Below are positions 1 through 7,714 of a stretch of 26,747 bases of DNA, in pieces. Position numbers and translations under genes: made by a program. This stretch comes from a virus (Duplodnaviria > Caudoviricetes), in IMG/VR virus record IMGVR_UViG_3300032329_000629, positions 1-26,747 of that record. One strand, given 5' to 3'. The stretch's first letter is position 1, and each line of letters starts with the position of its first letter. The notes beneath the pieces are model-generated. The model had not been told where the DNA came from. It searched no databases and saw only the letters and a program-made list of their open reading frames with translations.

Positions 1-661
1 CGGCCAGATAGTTCGTCCATATGTCGCCGGTGCTGAGTGTGGGCGTGCTTGTGAGGACGTGTTTGCGTGCCGGGAACGCCTTGGTGCGTTCTAGGCATAG
101 CGACATGGCGGAAGTTTCCTTGTCGGTCGGCGGTGCAAACTTGTCCAGCTCGTCGAGGACGGCGATGCAGACCGGACGGCTTGAGATGTTGGCCGGACTG
201 TTCGATCCGGTCAGCGTCAGCGTGCAGTTCAGGAACTGCATTTCCAAGTTGGCAAAGTCGTCGCTGTCGTAAGGAAACAGCGCTTTGACCGGCTTGCATT
301 TTTCAAAGATCGGCACCAGTCGCGTCTTGGAATATGACCGCGCCAGATCCGCGTTGGGCATGACTAGGAGTGACGGCGCTGGGTCGTTCGCAATCCGATA
401 TGCCAGCCACACCGCCAGCGTCAGCGTCTTGCCGGTCTGCGATCCCCAGCACAGGCAGACCGTGTGAACGCCCGGATCGGCCAGCGCTTCGAGTACGCCC
501 CGGACGTAGGGCGAGTTCGCCGTGGAGTACAGCCCGGGCCGAGCTGTGATCCGGCTGTCCAGTTGGATGTTTCGCTCCGCCCACTCGATCACGGACGGCG
601 GCTTCTCATAATGCCAGCGCGCCTTTTCCCGCCGGCGCAGTTCGGTCTGTGCCTTTGTCAC
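1..661 (-). CDS. terL: Terminase large subunit, lambda GpA family (N-terminal ATPase part; runs off the left end)
   Basis: Not in the ORF track; translated by hand from GTG at 661 (GTGA overlap with the stop of 658..1149): MTKAQTELRRREKARWHYEKPPSVIEWAERNI...SPYVRGVLEAL...WGSQTGKT (Walker A)...LLVMPNADLA...SSRPVCIAVLDELDK (Walker B)...LERTKAF...LTSTPT (coupling motif). Frame open to the window edge. Confidence 0.95.
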   Translation of the reverse strand, partial: MTKAQTELRRREKARWHYEKPPSVIEWAERNIQLDSRITARPGLYSTANSPYVRGVLEALADPGVHTVCLCWGSQTGKTLTLAVWLAYRIANDPAPSLLVMPNADLARSYSKTRLVPIFEKCKPVKALFPYDSDDFANLEMQFLNCTLTLTGSNSPANISSRPVCIAVLDELDKFAPPTDKETSAMSLCLERTKAFPARKHVLTSTPTLSTGDIWTNYLA

Positions 662-1149
662 AGCGCCGATTCCACCTGGCGCATAATTTGCCCGACCTCG
701 TTCTCGACCTCCGCCTGCACCTCGGCCGCCGGTCGGTTGGCGCAGATCGGTGCCAGCCTTTTCGCCATGCCTTTCAGCAGCGGAATCAGCGCATTGTCTC
801 GGGCGGCAAGCAGCTTGTCGGCCTCATCCACAGGCACCATTTTACCCTCAGCTTCGTTGATGTCGGGCCGGTCGCCTTTCATTTTGCGGAGCGCCTCCAC
901 TACTCGGGTGTAATCGCTGATCAGAGCTGACCGCTCCGGGCCGGTCGCCTGCTTTGCCGCTTCGCCCAGTGTTGCTGCCAGTGATTCAAGTCGATCGATT
1001 TCGCCGTCCAGACCGACGCCGTCGATCGCCTCAAGTGCTTTGGGTGGGTTTGCGGCCGCCTGCTTTTCAAGTTGGCGCCGGGCTTGGCGCAGACCGACGC
1101 CGGCAGCAGCAGCCTGTGCATGGATTGCGGTGTTTTTAGGGCGTCCCAT
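658..1149 (-). CDS. terS: Terminase small subunit (Nu1-like)
   Basis: 163 aa, directly upstream of and coupled to the GpA-type terL; N-terminal HTH-like segment (AAAAGVGLRQARRQL), coiled coil, and EGKMVPVDEA...LKGMAKRLAP resembling Nu1-type C-termini. Confidence 0.75.
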   Translation of the reverse strand: MGRPKNTAIHAQAAAAGVGLRQARRQLEKQAAANPPKALEAIDGVGLDGEIDRLESLAATLGEAAKQATGPERSALISDYTRVVEALRKMKGDRPDINEAEGKMVPVDEADKLLAARDNALIPLLKGMAKRLAPICANRPAAEVQAEVENEVGQIMRQVESAL

Positions 1150-1287
1150 AGGTCAAACTACGGTTTTTAATTTTTGCACAAGAAAATCACGCAAGTCTTT
1201 GCCATCGCGAAGGCTTGCTTTGGTTGAAGAGATTCCTTCCATATCCCCCAGTGGCGGGGGGTATGGGGTGGGGGTGGCTGTGGTCTA
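1150..1287. other. Non-coding region upstream of terS; candidate packaging (cos) site
   Basis: Sizeable non-coding gap before terS; near-palindrome GCCATCGCGAAGGC (1201-1214) and G-tracts (1253-1277). The position matches cos in lambda-type phages. Confidence 0.45.
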
Positions 1288-1752
1288 TCACTCGGCCCCT
1301 TTGAGCTCGTTGTACGCCCTCACAATGGGCTCAGCTTCGCGTATAAACTGCTCGCGCAGCTCAGCATCCTGACTGATGTACTTTGACCCGCGATTGCCTA
1401 GCCACTGACAGGCTTTGATCACCGGCCATAGAAATGGCTTGGGGTCGGCGGGCACGCTGGCTGTGATCGGATCCGGTAGCATGCCGATCCGCAGATATGT
1501 CTGACGCATCTCGCCTGCGTCAGCCTGGCCTGATGTTAGTTTATGCTGAGCAGCCGCCACCTTCTCATAACGCCTGCCCACCTCCTCAGTGATGCCTGCC
1601 TGCTCGCACAATTCCCGCACGTCCTCGCCTTCTGTCCTAGCCTGTTGGATAATCGTGCCAGCCTCGGCCGCCAGACCGATTGTCTTGCCCACCAGCTCCA
1701 GCGCCTTGTCGCGTGTGTCGTTTAGTTTAGTGACGATTGCTTTCAGTTTCAT
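1288..1752 (-). CDS. Hypothetical protein, possibly DUF3102-like
   Basis: 154 aa ORF, ATGA-coupled; AAEAGTIIQQAR...AGITEEVGRRYEKVA is reminiscent of DUF3102 phage proteins. Confidence 0.6.
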   Translation of the reverse strand: MKLKAIVTKLNDTRDKALELVGKTIGLAAEAGTIIQQARTEGEDVRELCEQAGITEEVGRRYEKVAAAQHKLTSGQADAGEMRQTYLRIGMLPDPITASVPADPKPFLWPVIKACQWLGNRGSKYISQDAELREQFIREAEPIVRAYNELKGAE

Positions 1753-2228
1753 TTTTTAATGCCTTTCTTGACTGCGGCCATGTTGAATTTTGGAGCCTCA
1801 CGCCGCCGCTGTGCGTGCACTCTGTACGCCCGCTTGCGATAGGACTCTCTGGCCTTATCGCTTTTCTGTGATCGCGACCGAATCCCGAGCCGGTCATAAA
1901 CTTCTGTCACCTGCTTGCTGATGGCCTGCTTGGTCACGCCGTACCGCTTGGCCACCGCCGTCATGGACTCCGGCGACTTGTTCAGCGCTATGTTCAGCAC
2001 GGCATGGCCCAGCGTGTCCGTCCGGTTAGCCATCGCCGGGTGATCAGGTGCCTTCGCCATCAGATATTCAATCACCTTAGTCGTGGTGAACGCCGTGCTT
2101 GTGGTGACCGTAATTTTGAGCTCGGAATAGGCCTCAAACACCAAATCAGACAGCGTATCCATGGTCATCGCCGGGTGCTGAAAGTTGGCGGGTATTTTTT
2201 CGATGATTTCTGCGCTGTTTATGATCAC
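1749..2228 (-). CDS. HTH DNA-binding protein, candidate late-gene regulator
   Basis: HTH SMTAVAKRYGVTKQAISKQV and a basic C-terminus; lies between the replication and packaging genes, where late activators/antiterminators usually sit. Confidence 0.65.
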   Translation of the reverse strand: MIINSAEIIEKIPANFQHPAMTMDTLSDLVFEAYSELKITVTTSTAFTTTKVIEYLMAKAPDHPAMANRTDTLGHAVLNIALNKSPESMTAVAKRYGVTKQAISKQVTEVYDRLGIRSRSQKSDKARESYRKRAYRVHAQRRREAPKFNMAAVKKGIKK

Positions 2229-2377
2229 CGGAAATACCCCCTATCGATGGTCAATGGATGGAAACTCCGAACCCTATCAATGGATATCCCCTTAAAGGGG
2301 GGATATCCATCAATAGGAGTTCTACCAATTTCCGGTGGTAGAAAAATAATAAGTGGTGATAGGTTTTTTGGGGTCAT
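2225..2377 (-). CDS. Small ORF (50 aa) spanning the palindromic region
   Basis: ATG 2 nt after the primase-helicase stop; MTPKNLSPLIIFLPPEIGRTPIDGYPPFKGISIDRVRSFHPLTIDRGYFR; its TGA overlaps the GTG of 1749..2228. Confidence 0.4.
   Translation of the reverse strand: MTPKNLSPLIIFLPPEIGRTPIDGYPPFKGISIDRVRSFHPLTIDRGYFR
2239..2343. repeat. Cluster of inverted and direct repeats, candidate replication origin
   Basis: Perfect 12-bp inverted repeat ATGGATATCCCC (2280-2291)/GGGGATATCCAT (2299-2310); 8-bp inverted repeat TTCTACCA/TGGTAGAA (2320-2343); direct repeat CCCTATCRATGG at 2239 and 2272; immediately downstream of the primase-helicase. Confidence 0.5.
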
Positions 2378-2379
2378 TT

Positions 2380-4341
2380 TTAGTCCTGTTTTAATACGTA
2401 TTTTTTGGCCTTTTCTGTGCCTATATTTTTGATCAAACCTTCAATCTCCCATGCTGCTGTCAGATCCCTGCTTTTTGTGTGCCCGACCTTAGATTTGTTG
2501 CGGATTAAACTTTGCAAATCGCCAGCGCTTATTCCTTTTGAGATAGAACTGCGATAATCTTCAAAGTTGACCACAATCTCCGGCCTGCCTGCCGTCTTTC
2601 GCTCCGGCTCATCGGCCCCAATCCACGCCAACCCAACATCGCTGTGGCGTAGGTTCACGTAAGGCTGAATGGCGGTTTGCGCCACAATGCCACCAGAATT
2701 GAGATTTGACCGCTTCCCGCGCTTGGTCACCTCTAGGCGGTAAACGTTGCGCTGTTCGGCATCCTGACCGCTTGGCGCAAGGGTTAAAACGCTCCGGGCC
2801 CAGTTGGTCAGCTCGGACGATCCAAATCCGCTATATGCCTTGTCGTGCCCTTGGTAGCCGTTGCCTTCCCGGACGGGCTTTGGCGTGTGGTGAATGAGCA
2901 TCCACGCAAAGCCGGCCGACAGCGACAACGGATTCAGCATCGTGCGAAGGAACTCGCTGGCCGTCTCCTGGCTGGAAAGGTCGCCGCCGATAAACGCAAG
3001 CAGGGGATCCACCCACACCAGATCCACCTTGTACTTTTCGACAAGGCGCCGGACACGATCGACAAACTTTTCCCCGGTGGACGTGCAGTCTCGGACGATA
3101 ATCACGTTCGCCTTCACCAGCTCGATCTCGTGCGGCGTTAAATTCATGGCCTTGAGAACGCCTTGGATTGCCTCGGCCACGTCACCCTCGTCGTTCTCCG
3201 CCTGAATGATCAGCGACTTCAGCCCGTTGCCATGTGGGTTAATGCCAAAGAACGCCCGACCGATTGCCCAAGTGATGGCGGCCTGCGTACACAGGACAGA
3301 CTTGCCAAGCCCGCTGGATCCCACCCAAAGCGCCGACCCTCCCCGGCAGATCCACCGCTTCCCAAGCAGTTGGGTCGGATCTTCGGTCTCTTTAAAATTG
3401 AGCAGCTCGTCCCACTTGTAGGGCTCGGGAATGTCGCCAAACAGGATCCGCTCCTTCCATTCTAGGAATGAGATTTTAGGCGTTCCGCATTCGACCAAGT
3501 CCTGCCGCTGGCCGGTGGCCGTCCGCATCGCCCCGGGCAGACGTGACAGGCGCCCCGCGTCCTTGTTCGCCGGATCCGGCTTGGAATGTTCGAGATGCTT
3601 GTAAATGAATTCGACGCGTTCCTTGAATTCCTCCTGCGTTGTCGCGTCGATCCGTACCCACGCGTGAAGACTGCGTGAACCGCTTTTGATGATGCAGGTG
3701 GTAGGTAGTCCGCTCTTTTTAATAATCTTCCACTGTTCATCCATCGTCGATTCATCGAATTCAATCAGGCAGTGCCGCCATTTCACAACGTGCTCAGACT
3801 TACGGCCTTTTCCGTTGTTAGGATTGATCGACGCATACACACCCACGGCGTTCCCCTGCCATTCCTTCAGCCCTTCGCCTTTAAATAGCTCGAGCCATTC
3901 CTCTCGGGTGCGGGTTTCCCCGGATCCGTCCGGGCGCTCTCGGTCGTCGTCCCGAATGCTGCGGGTGATGTTGATCATCTCGCCCACTTCAAACGCTGCC
4001 GTCAGGAACTTCTCCACCGGCGTCTCGTCCACGCTCCTAGGCATGGCTGGGATGGGATATCCTTCTTTTACGATCTGTAAATTATGCAATTTGTATTTTC
4101 CTTTCGGCTGATAGGGCTCCCGAGCCGGCTGTCTGAAGGCTGACTTCGTGCATCCCTCAGCCTCTTTCAGCGGTAGATTGTTCCGCACGCACCATTCCTC
4201 GGCGTTCGTCAGCGTCTCATCCTGGCACGCACCGGAATCGCGCCACTGAAGGCACAGTTTGAACAGTTCCGTGTTGCGGGTGCCTTCCGGGGCTCCGTTC
4301 TTCATGACCTCAACGGCGGCCGGTGGTAGTTGGTGGATCAT
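2380..4341 (-). CDS. Primase-helicase: PriCT-like domain + AEP/RepB-type primase + RepA/AAA_25 helicase
   Basis: EGTRNTELFKL (PriCT-like); LIEFDE, SGSRSLHAW and RLSRLPG (primase motifs); GSSGLGKS Walker A, QAEND, VWVDPL Walker B and LIHHTPK (RepA-family helicase). Confidence 0.9.
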   Translation of the reverse strand: MIHQLPPAAVEVMKNGAPEGTRNTELFKLCLQWRDSGACQDETLTNAEEWCVRNNLPLKEAEGCTKSAFRQPAREPYQPKGKYKLHNLQIVKEGYPIPAMPRSVDETPVEKFLTAAFEVGEMINITRSIRDDDRERPDGSGETRTREEWLELFKGEGLKEWQGNAVGVYASINPNNGKGRKSEHVVKWRHCLIEFDESTMDEQWKIIKKSGLPTTCIIKSGSRSLHAWVRIDATTQEEFKERVEFIYKHLEHSKPDPANKDAGRLSRLPGAMRTATGQRQDLVECGTPKISFLEWKERILFGDIPEPYKWDELLNFKETEDPTQLLGKRWICRGGSALWVGSSGLGKSVLCTQAAITWAIGRAFFGINPHGNGLKSLIIQAENDEGDVAEAIQGVLKAMNLTPHEIELVKANVIIVRDCTSTGEKFVDRVRRLVEKYKVDLVWVDPLLAFIGGDLSSQETASEFLRTMLNPLSLSAGFAWMLIHHTPKPVREGNGYQGHDKAYSGFGSSELTNWARSVLTLAPSGQDAEQRNVYRLEVTKRGKRSNLNSGGIVAQTAIQPYVNLRHSDVGLAWIGADEPERKTAGRPEIVVNFEDYRSSISKGISAGDLQSLIRNKSKVGHTKSRDLTAAWEIEGLIKNIGTEKAKKYVLKQD

Positions 4342-4532
4342 TTGCTTTCCTTACCAACGGCCTTGGTATCCATATCCCGTTTCTGATACCCCTTTGCTCG
4401 CTTCAACAGCTCCTGGGCAATCGTCAGCGCCAGATCCAACCGCGTCCCGGCGGCCTTATGCTGCTCGGCGGCCAGATTCCGTTTGGCACGTTCCAAGATT
4501 TCGACCAGCCATGTAGTGCGTTTTACGCTCAT
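4338..4532 (-). CDS. Hypothetical protein (64 aa)
   Basis: Start revised to ATG 4532 (MSVKRTTWLVEIL...), which gives ATGA coupling on both sides. Confidence 0.65.
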   Translation of the reverse strand: MSVKRTTWLVEILERAKRNLAAEQHKAAGTRLDLALTIAQELLKRAKGYQKRDMDTKAVGKESK

Positions 4533-5002
4533 CGCACGCACCACTTTCCGGCTGTATACTTTCGGACTTTTAACAAGTAATCCGTAGAGCAAATATCAAA
4601 AAGCCCTGCAAGTTCGGTATTGATTAAGCTAGTAGCCTTTTCGGGCGGTATAGCACGAAACTGCTCAACCAATTTAGCGGCAGTAGCAAGATTTACTTTG
4701 CTCGATGATATTGCGATTTCCGACCCAAAAACATTGGCAATTCTTTTGAAGCATTTTTGATGGTCATTAATAACTCGCTTGTCTCGCGTCTCGACTCGCC
4801 ATCCATTTATTGTGGCTCCATTTTTAAGCAGTTTTCTGGCCCGGTCTTTTAACTGATCGATAATTAGCGTTAGTCGCTCACATTCTCGCAGAATTGCTGA
4901 CAGATCCGATTCATTTATTGAATTAACCTCATCGGTGTTTTCAATTTTCAAAATTGCAAGCATAGCGTTCGATGGATGCTTCATTTGATTTACTTCGCTC
5001 AC
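4529..5002 (-). CDS. Hypothetical protein resembling the C-terminal part of DUF2800-type proteins
   Basis: Start revised to GTG 5002 (or ATG 4984); AT-rich; LKDRARKLLKNGATINGWRVETRDKRVIND resembles the G..IPGWKLV...R motif of DUF2800 C-termini. Confidence 0.55.
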   Translation of the reverse strand: MSEVNQMKHPSNAMLAILKIENTDEVNSINESDLSAILRECERLTLIIDQLKDRARKLLKNGATINGWRVETRDKRVINDHQKCFKRIANVFGSEIAISSSKVNLATAAKLVEQFRAIPPEKATSLINTELAGLFDICSTDYLLKVRKYTAGKWCVR

Positions 5003-5127
5003 CACTGCCCCATTCCCCACCGCATCCGGTTGCCCCGGGCGATGATGACCTGCTGGGCGTACTGCGCAGGCGTGTAGGTGCCGATGACGCGGGCGTAGAA
5101 CATGGACAGGAGATCGGCTAAGCTCAT
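4999..5127 (-). CDS. Small hypothetical protein (42 aa)
   Basis: Not in track: MSLADLLSMFYARVIGTYTPAQYAQQVIIARGNRMRWGMGQW; ATGA-coupled upstream, GTGA-coupled downstream, GC-rich third codon positions. Confidence 0.65.
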   Translation of the reverse strand: MSLADLLSMFYARVIGTYTPAQYAQQVIIARGNRMRWGMGQW

Positions 5128-5366
5128 AAAATCTCATCCTTTTGGATTTGTTTAAACCACTTCCATAAAAGTTCTGTTTTAATTAGACTAGAAAGCGTAT
5201 TAATTTCTATTAGGTCATCTATGGCCTTTGCATTTAATTTAATCTTTTGGCTTTGATGCTGCTCAATAACACATTTTGATTTAATCGTTATTTTGTCGGC
5301 AAAATACATGTATCTAGTTATTGCCTTTTTTTCCTCTTCAGTAGTTAGGGTTTTGCTTAATTTCAC
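5124..5366 (-). CDS. Hypothetical protein (AT-rich)
   Basis: 80 aa ORF coupled on both sides; visibly AT-richer than its neighbours. Confidence 0.6.
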   Translation of the reverse strand: MKLSKTLTTEEEKKAITRYMYFADKITIKSKCVIEQHQSQKIKLNAKAIDDLIEINTLSSLIKTELLWKWFKQIQKDEIL

Positions 5367-5644
5367 AGCACGGCCTCCGGCAGCGGCCCGGCCAGCTTGT
5401 AGATGTATTTTGTTCGGTCGTATTCCAGCGGGTATCCAAAAAAGTCACGCAGCAGATCGATGTCCCGCTGGATCGTTTTGTAGCTACATTCGAGCTCGGC
5501 CCCGAGGCGAAACGTGCTTGGCAAGCAAAGATCGTGACGCAGTTTTGTCGCTATTACGCCAAGGCGCCGGAGTGTCGGCCTTGTATCACCCTTACGCAGC
5601 GCCCTCATCCTGGCGCTCATCAATGTCGCTTTTTTAGTTCGCAC
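5363..5644 (-). CDS. Stand-alone winged-HTH (HTH_11/YafY N-terminal-like) protein
   Basis: LGAELECSYKTIQRDIDLLRDFFGYPLEYDRTKYIYKL matches the LA..LEVS.RTI.RDI..L...G.PI.YD....GY.L signature of WYL-regulator N-termini. Confidence 0.8.
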   Translation of the reverse strand: MRTKKATLMSARMRALRKGDTRPTLRRLGVIATKLRHDLCLPSTFRLGAELECSYKTIQRDIDLLRDFFGYPLEYDRTKYIYKLAGPLPEAVL

Positions 5645-6056
5645 GAGTCACTTCCACCGTTGCCACCCTGGGCAACCGCATCGCATTGAATTGCGCCTCA
5701 CTAGCGGCAAACACGTCGATCACCGGCAGCTTTCCCCCGCTCGCCTTTTTACTTTTGACTGCCGTGCCTGTATCCACCGCCACCCACTCCCGCTTTCCGT
5801 TCATGATCTTAATCTTCGACCACAGCGGAATGATGTCGGGATCGACGGCGCAGTGGCGGCCAGCCCGCAGGCGCGTCCCGGTGCTCGATTGGAAACGGCT
5901 CGACCACTCATCCTCCCCGGGCCAGTAGCCGGTGATGCGGACTTTCATTTTCTTCACGTCGATCCGCTTTGCCTCCGGCCTGCAATCGATCATGACGTTC
6001 GACGCATGCCCGGACGTGATCCCTAGGATGGCAAGAATGGACAGCAGTGCTCTCAC
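5634..6056 (-). CDS. 3D-domain (MltA-like double-psi beta-barrel) protein with signal peptide
   Basis: Hydrophobic N-terminus MRALLSILAILGITSGHAS; ITGY...SSTG, AVDPDIIPL, AVDTGTAVK and IDVF supply the three conserved Asp motifs. Confidence 0.85.
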   Translation of the reverse strand: MRALLSILAILGITSGHASNVMIDCRPEAKRIDVKKMKVRITGYWPGEDEWSSRFQSSTGTRLRAGRHCAVDPDIIPLWSKIKIMNGKREWVAVDTGTAVKSKKASGGKLPVIDVFAASEAQFNAMRLPRVATVEVTRAN

Positions 6057-6247
6057 AGTCCCTCCCGGATCCGGTCAATAAGTTCGTTTTCGCGTTTTTC
6101 TGCTGCGGTTAATGCACGAGATACCTCAAGACCAAATCTATTGCTTCGATCTAATTGCGATTTTAATAATTCAAGTTCCATAGATAGCAATCGAATCCGA
6201 TTTTGAAGCTGTTCGTGCGTCGTTTGGTCGGGAATGATCTCGATCAT
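6053..6247 (-). CDS. Hypothetical coiled-coil protein (64 aa)
   Basis: Start revised to ATG 6247 (ATGA overlap); heptad-like pattern. Confidence 0.6.
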   Translation of the reverse strand: MIEIIPDQTTHEQLQNRIRLLSMELELLKSQLDRSNRFGLEVSRALTAAEKRENELIDRIREGL

Positions 6248-7011
6248 TTTACACCTCCCCGCGGGTCGTACTTCTTGAGCCTTCGCCACACCTCACACAG
6301 CAACGTAAACATTTCAAAAGCCTCGTGAACTTGCTTTGCCGTGTAGCGAATTTCTTGCAACTGGCCTGTCACTGGATCGATCAAGACGTTCCGGCAGGCC
6401 ATGCCTTCGTCCGTAAAGGCGTACGCATATGCAGATAGCTGCCAAACATCGCTCTCGTAGGCTGCCGCCTTGCCGTTCTTAAATTTACGGGTCTTAAAAT
6501 CCACCACTTCAATCACGCCATGAATGTCGGCGATCAAATCCACCCGGCCTGCGTATCCTTCGGCCTCGTTCACCATGACCGATTCGCTTGCGTGTACTTT
6601 GGTCACGCAGCACTCCCGCCATTCCTTTAGGCTCGCATAATGTTCCTCATACCCATTCACCAGCTCACCCGGCTCTTGCCGATTGATTATGATTTCAGCC
6701 AGGGAATGAATTTGAGTTCCACGAAGTGCAGCCGCCTCTACTTCTTTTCTGCTATCCAGCACGGCTCGCTTTGCGAAGTCAGCCAACGATTCACCTTCGA
6801 TATGAGGCAAAGTTAATGAGGAGGCCATAGCCTGCTCCACTTGCCAATTTATCAATCCACCCTTTTGAGGGCCCGCTGCTCCGAGGATGGTGGTCACGGA
6901 CGGATACGCTCCAACCTTGCGGGCTGAGCGTAGGTCGCCGTGGCACGACTCGCCGGTCGCCATGTAGTAGTGCGACGACTCAGCCTTTGCGGTTGCGATG
7001 ATAGGGGCCAT
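6244..7011 (-). CDS. PD-(D/E)XK exonuclease (Cas4/RecB-like phage recombination nuclease)
   Basis: YPSVTTILG, RGTQIHSLAE, YAGRVDL, VVDFKT and QLSAYA motifs. Confidence 0.9.
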   Translation of the reverse strand: MAPIIATAKAESSHYYMATGESCHGDLRSARKVGAYPSVTTILGAAGPQKGGLINWQVEQAMASSLTLPHIEGESLADFAKRAVLDSRKEVEAAALRGTQIHSLAEIIINRQEPGELVNGYEEHYASLKEWRECCVTKVHASESVMVNEAEGYAGRVDLIADIHGVIEVVDFKTRKFKNGKAAAYESDVWQLSAYAYAFTDEGMACRNVLIDPVTGQLQEIRYTAKQVHEAFEMFTLLCEVWRRLKKYDPRGGVK

Positions 7012-7015
7012 GGCT

Positions 7016-7108
7016 TTACCAGTTCCGAATCCATCCGATCGAAAGGACGGCCAGCGCCACAGCGATCATCGGGAATACGATTTGAGTTAAAGTTGTAAGG
7101 ATTTGCAT
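7016..7108 (-). CDS. Small membrane peptide (30 aa)
   Basis: Not in track: MQILTTLTQIVFPMIAVALAVLSIGWIRNW; one hydrophobic helix, A-rich leader, ends 4 nt before the next ATG. Confidence 0.55.
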   Translation of the reverse strand: MQILTTLTQIVFPMIAVALAVLSIGWIRNW

Positions 7109-7119
7109 TTTGTTTTTCC

Positions 7120-7153
7120 GAGCCGGACAGACGGATAGAACATCCGCCGGCTC
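7120..7153 (-). promoter_or_regulatory. GC-rich bulged hairpin downstream of the SSB gene
   Basis: On the mRNA: GAGCCGG-CGGAT-GTTCT-ATCCG-TCTGT-CCGGCTC; no U-tract follows on the minus strand. Confidence 0.45.
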
Positions 7154-7183
7154 TAGTTGGTTAGGATCTCGATTGTCTCCGGA

Positions 7184-7669
7184 TTAAAAGGGGACGTTGT
7201 TGCCGTCGCCGTCTTCTTCGCCGATCTTTACGGGTTCGGCGTTGCCTGTTCGGTTGACCTTCCGAACAAAGTCTTTATCCACGGTCACTTTGTTTTTCCC
7301 CGCGGGTAGGACTGCCTGCACGTTGGCGTAGGTGGATCCGTCGCGTTCCGTGTGGGTCACGAGGATCTGACAGGGTTTGCCAATTAGCGTTTCCAGATCG
7401 AGATTCTGGGGTGGCGCCTTCTTTGCGTAGGACTTCAGGTCTTTGAAAAGCGCAGCCTTTTCATGCAGGCTGAGCCCGTAGCGCCGGCCGATGGTGTACG
7501 GCCGTCCGTCTTCCATCTTCAGGCCAAGCTGCCAGACGATCCTGACCTGGTGCTTTTTGCCGTATTGGGTTTCGATGATTCCAAGGTCTTCCACGTCGCA
7601 GAAAACTGCGTCATGAGATCCTTCGGGTGCGGGAGTGTATGTCCCGCCTCTGCTTGCTACTATTGCCAT
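7184..7669 (-). CDS. Phage single-stranded DNA-binding protein (NGO0469/DUF669-like)
   Basis: PAPEGSHDAVFCDVEDLG, LSLHEKAALFKDL, LIGKPCQILV, YANV; acidic tail ending EEDGDGNNVPF, typical of SSBs. Confidence 0.8.
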   Translation of the reverse strand: MAIVASRGGTYTPAPEGSHDAVFCDVEDLGIIETQYGKKHQVRIVWQLGLKMEDGRPYTIGRRYGLSLHEKAALFKDLKSYAKKAPPQNLDLETLIGKPCQILVTHTERDGSTYANVQAVLPAGKNKVTVDKDFVRKVNRTGNAEPVKIGEEDGDGNNVPF

Positions 7670-7714
7670 ATTTTTATTTTCTTTCTTGGTTTGGGTTTCT
7701 TGGATTTGCTTCGA

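Noticed and set aside
4529-5137. 202-aa ORF as given in the track
   Set aside because: The N-terminal 45 codons overlap a better 42-aa gene in another frame (4999..5127); the start was moved to 5002.
6244-7011. CRISPR-associated Cas4 or CRISPR array
   Set aside because: No Fe-S cysteine cluster pattern, no other cas genes and no repeat-spacer array seen; it is an ordinary phage PD-(D/E)XK exonuclease.
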